From a virus, in the IMG/VR virus record IMGVR_UViG_3300030328_002122, positions 81,195-145,194 of that record: a DNA stretch of 64,000 nt; one strand, given 5' to 3'. The position numbers and the translations under genes are program-made. Below the pieces are notes generated by a model that worked only from the letters and a program-made list of their open reading frames with translations, was not told the origin of the DNA and ran no database searches. Below, in pieces: positions 39,472 to 49,347 of this stretch (positions are counted from its first letter, which is position 1; each line of letters starts with the position of its first letter).

Positions 39472-39541
39472 GAGTTATATATTATGAATCAAGTGAAATA
39501 TTTAAACATACGAAAAACATATATTAACATAGGAGAATAAT

Positions 39542-40432
39542 ATGTCTATTTCAGCACTTAGAAACCAGAGTAGTCTGGACAAATTACTTGCACAAGTCCA
39601 AAAGGACGAAACCCCAACCACAGATAAAAAATCTTATGTAGATGAAAGGCTTTGGAAACCACAAGTTGACAAAGCTGGAAATGGTTATGCAGTTATAAGA
39701 TTTTTACCAGCGTCTAAGGATGAGGAAATGCCTTGGGTTCGTGTTTGGAATCATGCGTTTCAAGGGCCTACTGGTCAATGGTATATAGAGAACTCTCTTA
39801 CTACTGTTAATCAGAAAGATCCAGTTTCAGAGTATAACACACAGTTATGGAACTCTGGTGTTGAGAGTGATAAAGAAATCGCTCGTAAACAAAAACGCAA
39901 ATTACAATACTACTCAAACATTTATGTAGTAAGTGATAGTGTAAATCCTAGTAATCAAGGTAAAGTATTTCTTTTCAGATATGGAAAGAAAATATTTGAC
40001 AAACTTAGTGAAGCGATGCAGCCTGCATTTGAAGATGAAACTCCTATCAATCCATTTGATTTGTGGGAAGGTGCAAATTTCAAATTGAAAATTCGTAAGG
40101 TTGATGGTTATTGGAACTATGATAAATCAGAATTTGATAAACCATCTAAACTAAACGATAGTGATGATGAGATGGAAAAGATCTGGAATACACAGTATTC
40201 ATTAAAAGATTTTAATGCACCATCTAATTTCAAATCTTATGATGAGTTGAAGACTCGTCTTGATGCTGTTCTTACAGGCTCTGTAACTACTGGTAAGTCT
40301 GCAGCTCAAATGGTTGAGGAAGATAGTACAGATTTTAAACCAACATTTAAATCTGAACCAGCTCCAGAAATTGCATCAACAAATGAAGATGATGATGCAA
40401 TGAACTATTTTGAGAAACTTGCTAACGAATAA
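39542..40432 (+). CDS. gp32: single-stranded DNA-binding protein (T4 gp32)
   Basis: DERLWK...DKAGNGYAVIRFLP, HAFQGP.G.WYIENS, YGKKIFDK and NYDKSEF motifs; acidic tail. Confidence 0.97.
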   Translation: MSISALRNQSSLDKLLAQVQKDETPTTDKKSYVDERLWKPQVDKAGNGYAVIRFLPASKDEEMPWVRVWNHAFQGPTGQWYIENSLTTVNQKDPVSEYNTQLWNSGVESDKEIARKQKRKLQYYSNIYVVSDSVNPSNQGKVFLFRYGKKIFDKLSEAMQPAFEDETPINPFDLWEGANFKLKIRKVDGYWNYDKSEFDKPSKLNDSDDEMEKIWNTQYSLKDFNAPSNFKSYDELKTRLDAVLTGSVTTGKSAAQMVEEDSTDFKPTFKSEPAPEIASTNEDDDAMNYFEKLANE

Positions 40433-40463
40433 TTCGTTATCAAAACATTTTATATAATGTGAC

Positions 40464-40497
40464 AAAAAGTCAGAGATATTCTCTCTGACTTTTTTTT
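40464..40497 (+). terminator. Rho-independent terminator (possibly bidirectional)
   Basis: aaaaagtcagaga-tattc-tctctgacttttttt. Confidence 0.85.
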
Positions 40498-40726
40498 ATG
40501 AAATCTTTAATTTTTTTATGGGGGTTTCATAATATAATTCCTTTCACTCTTTTTTTATAATATTAATTTTATAATATTAATATAATCACTTATAGATCAA
40601 TTGGTAATGGGTGGCTAGAAAAAACTCCACTTAACCAACAAAACTATTATTTCATAAAATGATGAATATTAATGTCACCACAAAGTCTGGTTTTATAAAT
40701 AGTATTGAGATCTAGTGGGAGAGAGA

Positions 40727-41209
40727 ATGGTAGATCCAGTTACAGCGATTGCAGCCGCAACGACAGCTTTCAATGCGATTAAAAAAGGTTTTCAGTTTGG
40801 ACGAGATGTAGAATCTATGTCTGGAGATCTTGGTCGCTGGATGGGCGCTGTTAGTGATATTGACAAAGCTGACCAATATGCTAAAAAACCACCATTGTTC
40901 AAAAAACTGTTCAATGCTGGATCAGTAGAAGAAGAGGCATTAAACGCATTTATGGCGAAGAAAAAAGCTCAAGATATGAGAGATGAGTTGAAAAACATAA
41001 TTGTTTTTTCAAGAGGCCCTAACGCATGGAATGAACTATTAAAAACTGAAGCAGATATCAGAAAGAAAAGACAACAAGCAATTTATGCACAACAAGAATT
41101 AAGAAGAAAAATTCTTGAAATAGTTGCAGTTGTAGTTATATTGGGAATTGCCACTACTGCAATGGGTTTACTAATTTATGCAGCTGGTGTAAAAAGAGGT
41201 CTTTGGTAG
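40727..41209 (+). CDS. late membrane-anchored hypothetical protein
   Basis: TATAAATA at 40694; MVDPVTAIAAA start; C-terminal TM segment. Confidence 0.65.
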   Translation: MVDPVTAIAAATTAFNAIKKGFQFGRDVESMSGDLGRWMGAVSDIDKADQYAKKPPLFKKLFNAGSVEEEALNAFMAKKKAQDMRDELKNIIVFSRGPNAWNELLKTEADIRKKRQQAIYAQQELRRKILEIVAVVVILGIATTAMGLLIYAAGVKRGLW

Positions 41210-41210
41210 A

Positions 41211-43085
41211 TTAAATAGGAAATGCAAAATTAGGTATAGTATTATCTCTAACAGGCCAAGGAACAACTCCACCACCAGAACCACCACCACTTACATTATT
41301 ATTATTTACAACACTATTATTAGTGATTATTGATCCACCACCACCAGTTCTTTTTTCTTCTGCAAGTTCACTATTTGCAGTTGCAACTGCACTACCTAAT
41401 AGTGTTTTTAACTCTGTAGTTAATTGTTCAACAAGTTTTGCATCTTGATTTCTTCCTTTATAATCAAGGCCTCTGTAAACATTTTCACCAGACTCTGATC
41501 TTGCAATTCTATCTTTTGCTTCTTGTATCTCTGTTTGAACTTGAACTCTTTTTTGTTCATCAGTTGGTGTTTTTACTAATTCCTCTAATTCAACATCAGC
41601 TGGTTCTTGAACTGTTTCTTCAACTGGTGTGTCATTTTTCAGAAATGGTATATACCCCTCTAAAAAGTCTGGTATAACTGCTCTTGCAATATCTTTAACA
41701 TTTATATCAAATAAACCACCAAAGAAATCTGTAACTTTTTTTACTGTCTTTTCAAACAATTCACTTATGTTTGGAAGTTCTGGTAGTTTTAAGTTGGTTA
41801 ATACATCTCTTACATCTTTAAATGGGTCAAATGTGGTTAGAAAAGTTCGTAAACTACCAAAGATATCTAGGTTTGCAAAGAACTCTCTGATATCACCAAA
41901 AAGATCTAGGTTTGCAAAGAACTCTCTAATACTACCAAAAAGATTTAAGTTTGCAAAGAAACCTCTTATATCTTCAATTTTCTGACCTACTGTATCTGGT
42001 ATAGAAGTAAAAAATCCTACAAGGTCATCATATATACCAGTTATTCTTTCAATAAATGCATCTGATGGAGTAAATGCAGCTATGGCTGCAGTAAACATAT
42101 TACTAATAAAATCACTTACATTTTGCAAAAATCCATTGATAAGATCCTCAAAAGAAAAACTATCAAGTTTTGCAGCTATTTCTTCAAATCCAAGTTTTGT
42201 CAAGAGCCAAGATGTTAGATCTTTTAACAAATCAAGTGGAAGTCCTATGATAGTAGAATAAAATTCTATACTAGCTTGTTTTATCGCTTCCATAATACTG
42301 CCAGTTTCTCTCCAAGTATCCATGAAACTCTTAAATGCATCATACAATCCTTTTGCAGTTACCAAAATTCCTGCTACTATTGCAACGATAACTGCACCTG
42401 TAGCAGCTGCACCTAATCCTATGACTCCACCAATTGCAGTTAGACCAGCAGCGATTGCAGTAAAAGCCCCACCAAGACTTGTTACGATACCAACTATTTT
42501 AACTATCGCCCAACCACCTAAAACTGCACTTAATGTTGTCATTTGAGCAGTATGATCAGTAAATAAAGTTTTTAATTCTTCCCATGATGGTGAAGTGATA
42601 AAGCCTAATATTGCAGGCCAAAAAGGATGCAAAACAAATTTTTTCACACCTTCTACAATCGCAAGTGCTTTTTCTGTTATTTTAGGCCATTCCTCACTAT
42701 CCATAAATGATAGTAATCCAATCAGAGCAGCACCAAACAAGAATTTTTTTGCAAGATTCCAAATACCACCAGCTGCTTTCTTTGCAGAATCTAATGCATT
42801 TTTTTCTATAATACCAGTTAGAGTACCTACACCCTTTGTAACACCAAAAATACCTTTTTTTATAACTTTAAATATTGACAGTTGTTCTCTTTTATCTTCT
42901 GTTTCTTTTGCATCAGTTTTGTTTTTATCTTGTAGTTCAACACCTTGTGCTTGGGCCATTTGATTTTGAGTATCAGATATATTTTCTAATACTTTCAAAA
43001 GTCCTTCTTGACCTTTATTATTTGCTTGTTGTTCTGAAACTAAGGTTTTGAAATCTTTAGCGCCACCAAAACTTACTTCTACCAT
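41211..43085 (-). CDS. tape-measure-like tail protein (T4 gp29 position)
   Basis: Long amphipathic helical protein with central hydrophobic segments and 11-aa F/W-periodic repeats; downstream of gp26/gp51. Confidence 0.6.
   Translation of the reverse strand: MVEVSFGGAKDFKTLVSEQQANNKGQEGLLKVLENISDTQNQMAQAQGVELQDKNKTDAKETEDKREQLSIFKVIKKGIFGVTKGVGTLTGIIEKNALDSAKKAAGGIWNLAKKFLFGAALIGLLSFMDSEEWPKITEKALAIVEGVKKFVLHPFWPAILGFITSPSWEELKTLFTDHTAQMTTLSAVLGGWAIVKIVGIVTSLGGAFTAIAAGLTAIGGVIGLGAAATGAVIVAIVAGILVTAKGLYDAFKSFMDTWRETGSIMEAIKQASIEFYSTIIGLPLDLLKDLTSWLLTKLGFEEIAAKLDSFSFEDLINGFLQNVSDFISNMFTAAIAAFTPSDAFIERITGIYDDLVGFFTSIPDTVGQKIEDIRGFFANLNLFGSIREFFANLDLFGDIREFFANLDIFGSLRTFLTTFDPFKDVRDVLTNLKLPELPNISELFEKTVKKVTDFFGGLFDINVKDIARAVIPDFLEGYIPFLKNDTPVEETVQEPADVELEELVKTPTDEQKRVQVQTEIQEAKDRIARSESGENVYRGLDYKGRNQDAKLVEQLTTELKTLLGSAVATANSELAEEKRTGGGGSIITNNSVVNNNNVSGGGSGGGVVPWPVRDNTIPNFAFPI
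41862..41960 (-). repeat. 33-bp (11-aa) tandem repeat in tape-measure-like gene
   Basis: IRGFFANLNLFGS/IREFFANLDLFGD/IREFFANLDIFGS; DNA unit ag(a)tctaggtttgcaaagaactctct. Confidence 0.85.
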
Positions 43086-43094
43086 TTTTCTGTC

Positions 43095-43421
43095 CTACTT
43101 TTTCGCAAAGGTTTCTTTTGCATAGAAAGCTGCAACTATAGCTGCAACTGATACAAAGTATGTTGGAGCCATATCACCTAATATACCACTTGCTTTATCT
43201 AATCCAATCCACTCTGCAAGAACTACTGAAAAAGGATATAATAACATACCAAACAATGCAAACCATGCCATGTTGCGTTGTGCATCGGCCTTCTTATCTT
43301 CATTCTCTAATCTCATCATTTCTTTACTCATTGCAATTTCCTCATCGCTTACTATCCCATCTCCATCCACATCAAAATCTGCATATTGTGAACCTTTTTC
43401 TAATTTCTTTTGTGCAGCCAT
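43095..43421 (-). CDS. membrane protein with EF-hand-like DxDGDG motif
   Basis: Start MAAQKK after AGAGAGG; DVDGDGIVSDEE followed by two TM segments. Confidence 0.65.
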   Translation of the reverse strand: MAAQKKLEKGSQYADFDVDGDGIVSDEEIAMSKEMMRLENEDKKADAQRNMAWFALFGMLLYPFSVVLAEWIGLDKASGILGDMAPTYFVSVAAIVAAFYAKETFAKK

Positions 43422-43474
43422 TTTACTTTCCTCTCTATAATCCAAATGATGTTTAATTGATATAAAATCTACCA

Positions 43475-43597
43475 CTAACAGTTACATTTACTACACTCGC
43501 AACCTGTACAAACATCATTTGCACATTGTTCACATTCTTTTTCACAATGACAATCATGTCCACACTTTTTACATTTTCCGTTACAAGTACAACTCAT
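43475..43597 (-). CDS. metallothionein-like 40-aa protein, not in ORF track
   Basis: AAGGAG SD; MSCTCNGKCKKCGHDCHCEKECEQCANDVCTGCECSKCNC* (13 Cys, 2 His). Confidence 0.75.
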   Translation of the reverse strand: MSCTCNGKCKKCGHDCHCEKECEQCANDVCTGCECSKCNC

Positions 43598-43616
43598 AGT
43601 GCTCTCCTTGTTCTAT

Positions 43617-43814
43617 TTATCCTTTTCCATCTGCTTTAGCTTGTCTTTCAGCGGTTTTTTCATCATCTAACCATTGAAGAAGAAGTTTTGTGTATATTTC
43701 CCTCTCCCAAGGCATCATATATTCTAGTTCTGTTAAAGAATACTTATGATGTTGCATAAGTTGGAAATTTAATTGATAATAGTTTTCCAACGTATTATGA
43801 GAGAGGGATACTAG
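43617..43814 (-). CDS. gp51-like baseplate hub assembly domain, probably the -1 frameshift extension of gp26
   Basis: LSHNTLENYYQLNFQLMQHHKYSLTELEYMMPWEREIY..LL; no SD-backed start; in -1 frame from T TTT TTC at the gp26 end. Confidence 0.75.
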   Translation of the reverse strand, partial: LVSLSHNTLENYYQLNFQLMQHHKYSLTELEYMMPWEREIYTKLLLQWLDDEKTAERQAKADGKG

Positions 43815-44515
43815 AAAAAATCTTGTAGTCCTTCTAATGTTAAATCACTTTCAACTTCAGTTTTAGGATTCTTCACAGTAATCTTATGTTTCACTTTAGG
43901 CATTGTTTCAAAAAAACTTTGCACTTTCACAAATTGTTCATGTGACATTGATTCAATAAAATCATCTAATTCTTTTTCTTCCATGTCGTTTTTAGTATAA
44001 ACATTCTCTGCATCATATATTTGATTAACACAGCTTTTAATAACATTAAAAGTTGCAACTGCATCATTCTTTCCATCTGTAATTTTTACAACTTTGCTTA
44101 TTTCTGGATAATCAAATACTATCCCTACATCATCACTAATTTTTATATTATTAGTATGATCTTTGTCTTTAATACATTGTACTTCAGATAGATTTACATC
44201 TACTTTTACTTTTGTTTCTTCATCATCTGGACAAATTACTGTAACAGCAGTTGTTTCTCCAATAGACTTACATCTAATCTGTAAAAATACATATTCTATA
44301 TCAAATGTTGGTAATTTTTTTGAATCTAATTTACCAAACGTACACGCATCAATAAGATCCTGTACTGCACGTATTAAAGATTGTTGACTTCCTTCTTGTT
44401 GTGCTAACATTAACATTTTTTCTTCTTTCACAAGAAAGGGTCTAAACTCTACTTTTTGTCCTGTAGAGGGTAATGTCAATTCATATTTAGCGGTTGCTAA
44501 CTTTGGTAACGCCAT
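43811..44515 (-). CDS. gp26: baseplate hub assembly protein (T4 gp26-like)
   Basis: MALPKL....YELTLPSTG..V.FRPFLVKEEK, FDIEY.FL.IR.KS.GE and GLQDFF motifs. Confidence 0.9.
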   Translation of the reverse strand: MALPKLATAKYELTLPSTGQKVEFRPFLVKEEKMLMLAQQEGSQQSLIRAVQDLIDACTFGKLDSKKLPTFDIEYVFLQIRCKSIGETTAVTVICPDDEETKVKVDVNLSEVQCIKDKDHTNNIKISDDVGIVFDYPEISKVVKITDGKNDAVATFNVIKSCVNQIYDAENVYTKNDMEEKELDDFIESMSHEQFVKVQSFFETMPKVKHKITVKNPKTEVESDLTLEGLQDFF

Positions 44516-44540
44516 AATTTAATTTTCTCCTCATATTATA

Positions 44541-45182
44541 TTATCTTGCACCAGTACCGATTACTGATGTTAGGGTTTGTCCACCAGAAACAGTTTTGGG
44601 TGGATTTTGAGTTGCAAATGTTCTGGTATCACTATTATCCATTACTTGTCCATTTGCATCTATAAAAACAAAATCTCTGAAAACAAAAGAAACCTCTTGT
44701 CTTGCAATGTCCATATTTTGAGCGCTAAACTCTACTGCACCAACTGTTTTTGGAAAACATTCATTCAATCTAAGACCAGCTAATGGTAAACCATTTTTTC
44801 CTAATTGGAAAACTTCTATTGGTGTTACATACTGATTATAATATTCTAGATTGTAATTATTTGGTTTAACAACAAGATCTTGCCACTTTAAGAAATACTG
44901 TCTTTCAAAATGTTCTGCTGATAAAAAGAATGTCATACTTATATCTTCTGCATATGTCAATCCCTGAGCCATTTCATAAGTTGGGCCATATACTGTTTCG
45001 TTTGTAACAGTTCTTATATTTTTACCAGGCATGGTGAACGCTTCAACTCTAAAAGATACGTGTCTATCTGCGTCTGGATCTCTTATTGCTGGTGGTGATG
45101 TTATTTTTACTTCAAATCTATTTGCAAGTGCATGACCACCATACTTACTAAAACTTGCAATGAACTCATCTAGTGCAGCCAT
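44541..45182 (-). CDS. tail tube-like baseplate protein (gp54/gp19 family)
   Basis: NRFEV, MPG..I.T, F.KWQD, YY..Y, L.ECFPK.V motifs. Confidence 0.7.
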   Translation of the reverse strand: MAALDEFIASFSKYGGHALANRFEVKITSPPAIRDPDADRHVSFRVEAFTMPGKNIRTVTNETVYGPTYEMAQGLTYAEDISMTFFLSAEHFERQYFLKWQDLVVKPNNYNLEYYNQYVTPIEVFQLGKNGLPLAGLRLNECFPKTVGAVEFSAQNMDIARQEVSFVFRDFVFIDANGQVMDNSDTRTFATQNPPKTVSGGQTLTSVIGTGAR

Positions 45183-45751
45183 TATCCTCTCCTTGCAATC
45201 CTTCTTGAGTCTGCATAAACTCTCGTTTCTTGTGCTCTTACAAATCTTTGTACTGGTAACAAAACTGCAACCATCATTTCGTCTGCATCAATTCTACGAA
45301 ATGGAGTTCGTACATGATCCATAAGATATCTCTTTACTGTGGGTTTTACGATTGGATTTCTTTTTATTCTATTCCATGTCAATCTTATTCTAGTTTTTTG
45401 ATCTAACTTAGCGTTGATTGCATATTCAGCGATAATGTTTAAAAGTTTTAATCTCATGGGTATGGATAGATAGTGAAAGTTTAATCCTAAAAAACCATTG
45501 TTATATTGTTCAATGGGCATGATTAAAGGAAACCTATCATAGTATGGTAATATGTCAACATTATCCTTATTCTTAGGACTATACATAAAAAAGTTCATAG
45601 TACCAAACGTAGGTCTGGTTGTAACCATTCCTTCACGAATAAGTGTTTGTGGTTGTATTTCGCCCAACTCTTTGACTTTCTCACGAAACCAACGAATTGA
45701 CCTATCTCTACCACCAGTTTTCTTTAATATACCATCAATTAATTTTGTCAT
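45182..45751 (-). CDS. gp2: DNA end protector protein (T4 gp2)
   Basis: F.Y.PK.K.....LPYYDRFPL, GLNFHYL and KRYL motifs; late promoter on minus strand at 45757-45764. Confidence 0.88.
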   Translation of the reverse strand: MTKLIDGILKKTGGRDRSIRWFREKVKELGEIQPQTLIREGMVTTRPTFGTMNFFMYSPKNKDNVDILPYYDRFPLIMPIEQYNNGFLGLNFHYLSIPMRLKLLNIIAEYAINAKLDQKTRIRLTWNRIKRNPIVKPTVKRYLMDHVRTPFRRIDADEMMVAVLLPVQRFVRAQETRVYADSRRIARRG

Positions 45752-45768
45752 ACTCCTATTTATATGAC

Positions 45769-46197
45769 TTAACCAAGATGATCTTCAGTTAGAATTTTAA
45801 ATTCCATATTTCTATCTTTACACCATTCCAACGCATATTCCCACTTGGCTTTATTAACACCCCATGTCTGAACTTCCTTTATATAATATTTGGTTTTCTT
45901 CTTACCGACAGGTGGTTTACATTGTTTCTTTGGTTTAACTTCTATAATCATTTTCTTGATAGTACCATCATTCTGTTTTACTTTTACATAGAAATCTGGA
46001 AAGTATCTGTGTGTTCTACCATCAAGAGGTGACTTGTATGGTATGATTATTTCTTCACTACCCCACTCTAGTATTGCATCAGTTCTATCACAATAGACCA
46101 TAAACTTACGTTCCCACAAACTCCTGTAAATTATGTTTGATGGGTCACCTTTATATTTTCTAGGTTTTGTGGGAATATATCTACCTTTGTATGTCAT
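45769..46197 (-). CDS. gp4: head completion nuclease (T4 gp4)
   Basis: KYKGDP.NIIYRS.WE, W.SEE..IPY, HRYFPDF, EVKP and N.AKW motifs. Confidence 0.92.
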   Translation of the reverse strand: MTYKGRYIPTKPRKYKGDPSNIIYRSLWERKFMVYCDRTDAILEWGSEEIIIPYKSPLDGRTHRYFPDFYVKVKQNDGTIKKMIIEVKPKKQCKPPVGKKKTKYYIKEVQTWGVNKAKWEYALEWCKDRNMEFKILTEDHLG

Positions 46198-46201
46198 ACT
46201 G

Positions 46202-46244
46202 TATAAATACTATTGAAACCATAATATATTTAGGACTATTTATA
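46202..46244. promoter_or_regulatory. overlapping face-to-face late promoters for gp48 (+, 46202-46209) and gp4 (-, 46237-46244)
   Basis: TATAAATA on each strand. Confidence 0.75.
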
Positions 46245-47122
46245 TGGCTCAATTAATCATAGGAACTGATGGACAAAAATCACACATCACTGCAAATAGG
46301 ACTTCTTATCAATACCCACTAGATGTAAATGATAGCAAAGGTCATTTTATTCAATTTCAGATAAGAGTTAGAGAACAAGCAACTATAAGTTATGGTAGTG
46401 GAGCAGTAGATGCATCTAATGTTGGTGGTAATGAATACATAACAGTTCCAAGACCACCTAGAAAAACTTTAGATTCAACAATTCAAATACAGATGCCACC
46501 CACCATTGAAGTGTCACATAAGATAAATTATGCAGATACAGAAATAGGATTAATAGTCGCTGGGTTACTTGCAGCTGGTAATGCGATAAGTAGTGAGAAT
46601 ATAAACACAAAAGCAACAAGAGATGCAGTTGCAAATACAGTAAGATCAGAAGGTGAGAAAGTAATAGCAAACATTGCTGAAGGAATTGGTGTAACAGGTG
46701 CAAAGGCTGCTATGGAATTGAGTAAAGGAAAAGTTACGAACAATAGAACTGAATTAAAGTTTGAAGGTATTGATAGAAGATCTTTTGCATTTACTTTTAG
46801 AATGTTACCGAAGAGTTCAGAAGAAGCGCAAATAATTAAAGAAATTGTTACACTATTTCGATATCATGCAATGCCTGAATTTCCGATAGAAGGTTCTTTA
46901 GGTGGTAGAACAATGAGAGTACCATCTACATTTGATATTTCATATGTACCTGGCCGACACTTGCATAAGATTGATGAATGTGCATTAGAAGCAGTACAGG
47001 TAAAATATGGTGGAGAAAGAACACAATTTTTTGTTGATGATCAACCAGTGGAAACAGAACTTACATTACAGTTCAGAGAACTTGGTATCATAACAAAAGA
47101 GAAAATTGCAGAAGGTTTTTAA
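46244..47122 (+). CDS. gp48: baseplate tail tube cap (T4 gp48)
   Basis: YPL...MP......Y; N...EL.FEG...RSF.F.F...PKS..EA..I..I...FR; P..F; L.F.E motifs. Confidence 0.8.
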   Translation: MAQLIIGTDGQKSHITANRTSYQYPLDVNDSKGHFIQFQIRVREQATISYGSGAVDASNVGGNEYITVPRPPRKTLDSTIQIQMPPTIEVSHKINYADTEIGLIVAGLLAAGNAISSENINTKATRDAVANTVRSEGEKVIANIAEGIGVTGAKAAMELSKGKVTNNRTELKFEGIDRRSFAFTFRMLPKSSEEAQIIKEIVTLFRYHAMPEFPIEGSLGGRTMRVPSTFDISYVPGRHLHKIDECALEAVQVKYGGERTQFFVDDQPVETELTLQFRELGIITKEKIAEGF

Positions 47123-47124
47123 TC

Positions 47125-47652
47125 ATGTCATTTTTTTCAAATTTTCCTACTGTAGAAGTAGATGTATTAGATGATGGTACAAAGACTACTTTTTTAGAGA
47201 TAACAAGAAAAGTTAGATTTTATGATCTTGTTAAAAGATACAACGTCACATTCGATTATTATGATGTACAATCTGGTCAAACTCCAGAATTTTTAGCTAA
47301 ATCGTTTTACAATGATTCAACACTCCATTGGGTTTTATTACTTGCAAATGATGTAATGGATTACTATCATGATTGGCCCCTTTCTAATGCAACATTTGAT
47401 AGAAATTTGCAAGAACTATACGACAATCCAGACGCAGTTCATCATTACGAAGTAAAACAAACATCTGGTGATACAACTAAAATAATAGAAATACCAAATG
47501 ACTCTGCAAATACAATACCAGAAGATGCAGTTATAATTACAAATTATAATTATGCAGAAAGGGCAGAGGACAACAAAAGACGAATAAGAGTTATAAAACC
47601 AGAATACATTCCTCAAATAAAAAGAGAAATACAACAACTATTGAGAAAATAA
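47125..47652 (+). CDS. gp53: baseplate wedge protein (T4 gp53)
   Basis: FF.NFP; Y.V..G.TPE.LA..FY....HWV.LL.N; WP; HHYE; KRRI motifs. Confidence 0.88.
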   Translation: MSFFSNFPTVEVDVLDDGTKTTFLEITRKVRFYDLVKRYNVTFDYYDVQSGQTPEFLAKSFYNDSTLHWVLLLANDVMDYYHDWPLSNATFDRNLQELYDNPDAVHHYEVKQTSGDTTKIIEIPNDSANTIPEDAVIITNYNYAERAEDNKRRIRVIKPEYIPQIKREIQQLLRK

Positions 47653-47653
47653 T

Positions 47654-49087
47654 ATGGCTAATATACAATACGCTGGTGAATTTCAACTAGAAGAATGTAC
47701 ACTTTGTACAGTAGGTGGTTTAGAACTTGATTTAATTGAACTAGTTGCAGATATAAACATATATGAAAATCTTTTTTCTACATCTATAAGTGGAAGTATA
47801 TCTTTTCAAGACACCAATAATTTATTGGGTAATAAAGATATAAGTATTATTGGTCAAGAGAAACTCAAACTTAAACTGTCAACACCAAACGCTGATGATA
47901 CAGGTGATAGAAATCGTGTTATCAACTATACTGAAACACCACTATATGTTTATAAGATTGATGATAAAGTTACAGTAAATGAAAATACAGATGCATTTAT
48001 GTTGCATTTTACTACACCAGAATTTATCAGAAATAATCATGTGCGTGTTGTCAAATCATATGAGGGTGAACCATCAGAAGATATCATTCAAAATATTTTG
48101 AGAGATGATGATCTAATAGCATCTAAAAAAGAGTTTTATTATGAGGTAACAAACAATCATTTTAAACTTGTTTCACCAAATATGCACCCATTTGATTTCA
48201 TAACAAATTTATCGAAAAGATGTTTGTCTAGAGAATATGACTATGCACCAACATTTTTATTCTACGAAACAACCAAAGGTTATTTTTTCAGAACATTAGA
48301 CAGTATGATGGACAGAAAGAATCCAAAGGGTGTATTTCGTGAAGTATCACCACAAGAGATAGAGCTAAGAGATAACGAAGAAGGTGTTATCTCTAAACTA
48401 ACAAATATTCTAAATATGGAAGTAATGTCAACAACCGACACTATGTCAAGTAGATTGTCTGGCATGTATGGATCAAGACTAATATTGTTAGATATTTTCA
48501 ATAAAGATTATCAAGAGTTTGACTACAACTATATACAGGATTTTGAAAGGGATATTCATGTCGATCACTACAATAGATATGGATCTAGTAAATCTCCAGT
48601 AGCTTCAACTGCGACAGACCAATATGGTAAACAAATTGGAGATTATCCAGATTCCGTTCTTCATGTGCAGATGATAGAAAGAAATATTGCAAGTGGTATG
48701 TACAATCCAGCTTGGGGTGGAACATCTCAATATGATTATATGGGTACAGACCAATGGTTACAAAGAAGAAGATCTAGATTTGCATCCTTAAGCTCTGCAC
48801 TATCATTAAGAGTTACTATACCAGGCAACACAACATTACAGGTAGGTGATTTAGTAGGTTTAGATTTAACTGATGAAAGTATGACAGGAAAGTATTTAAT
48901 CAGAAATTTACTACATAAATTCACATATGCAGAAGGTTCTCCTATGCATGAGGTTATAATGGATTGTGTAAGAGATACAGTTAAGTCACCATTTCCAAGT
49001 TCTGGAGTTAGTATTACAGATCAAGGTAACGAAGGTGACTATAGAATACCACTAGGTTCTGAAAATCCTTCAGAAGTAACATTTTAG
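47654..49087 (+). CDS. baseplate hub/tail protein (gp27-like)
   Basis: IYE..F...ISG.I...D...L.....I.GQE, F.FYET..G..F and PGN..L.VGD...GKYLI..L.H motifs. Confidence 0.6.
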   Translation: MANIQYAGEFQLEECTLCTVGGLELDLIELVADINIYENLFSTSISGSISFQDTNNLLGNKDISIIGQEKLKLKLSTPNADDTGDRNRVINYTETPLYVYKIDDKVTVNENTDAFMLHFTTPEFIRNNHVRVVKSYEGEPSEDIIQNILRDDDLIASKKEFYYEVTNNHFKLVSPNMHPFDFITNLSKRCLSREYDYAPTFLFYETTKGYFFRTLDSMMDRKNPKGVFREVSPQEIELRDNEEGVISKLTNILNMEVMSTTDTMSSRLSGMYGSRLILLDIFNKDYQEFDYNYIQDFERDIHVDHYNRYGSSKSPVASTATDQYGKQIGDYPDSVLHVQMIERNIASGMYNPAWGGTSQYDYMGTDQWLQRRRSRFASLSSALSLRVTIPGNTTLQVGDLVGLDLTDESMTGKYLIRNLLHKFTYAEGSPMHEVIMDCVRDTVKSPFPSSGVSITDQGNEGDYRIPLGSENPSEVTF

Positions 49088-49149
49088 AAAGGAGATCTGA
49101 TAACAACTCATTCGTCATGATAATTTTTTAACCATAGAAAGAGGCTAAA

Positions 49150-49347
49150 ATGTCAGCAAAACTCAAAAATCGTGTACACAAAATGAAGTTTCAAAAACAA
49201 ACCAATCGCACAATAAGGACACAGGATAATGAGGACACTAAATATTATGAACAATTATATAAAGAACAAACTATGGAGTTGTTAGGAATAAAACATGAAA
49301 ACATTTCGACAAATACAAGAAGGAGTTTACGACCCCAACATATTTAA
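49150..49347 (+). CDS. hypothetical protein
   Basis: GAGG SD; ORF. Confidence 0.45.
   Translation: MSAKLKNRVHKMKFQKQTNRTIRTQDNEDTKYYEQLYKEQTMELLGIKHENISTNTRRSLRPQHI

Noticed and set aside
40500-40690. AT-rich palindromic stretch after the gp32 terminator as a replication origin
   Set aside because: Low-complexity AT palindromes are expected by chance at this composition; no iterons or dedicated promoter were seen
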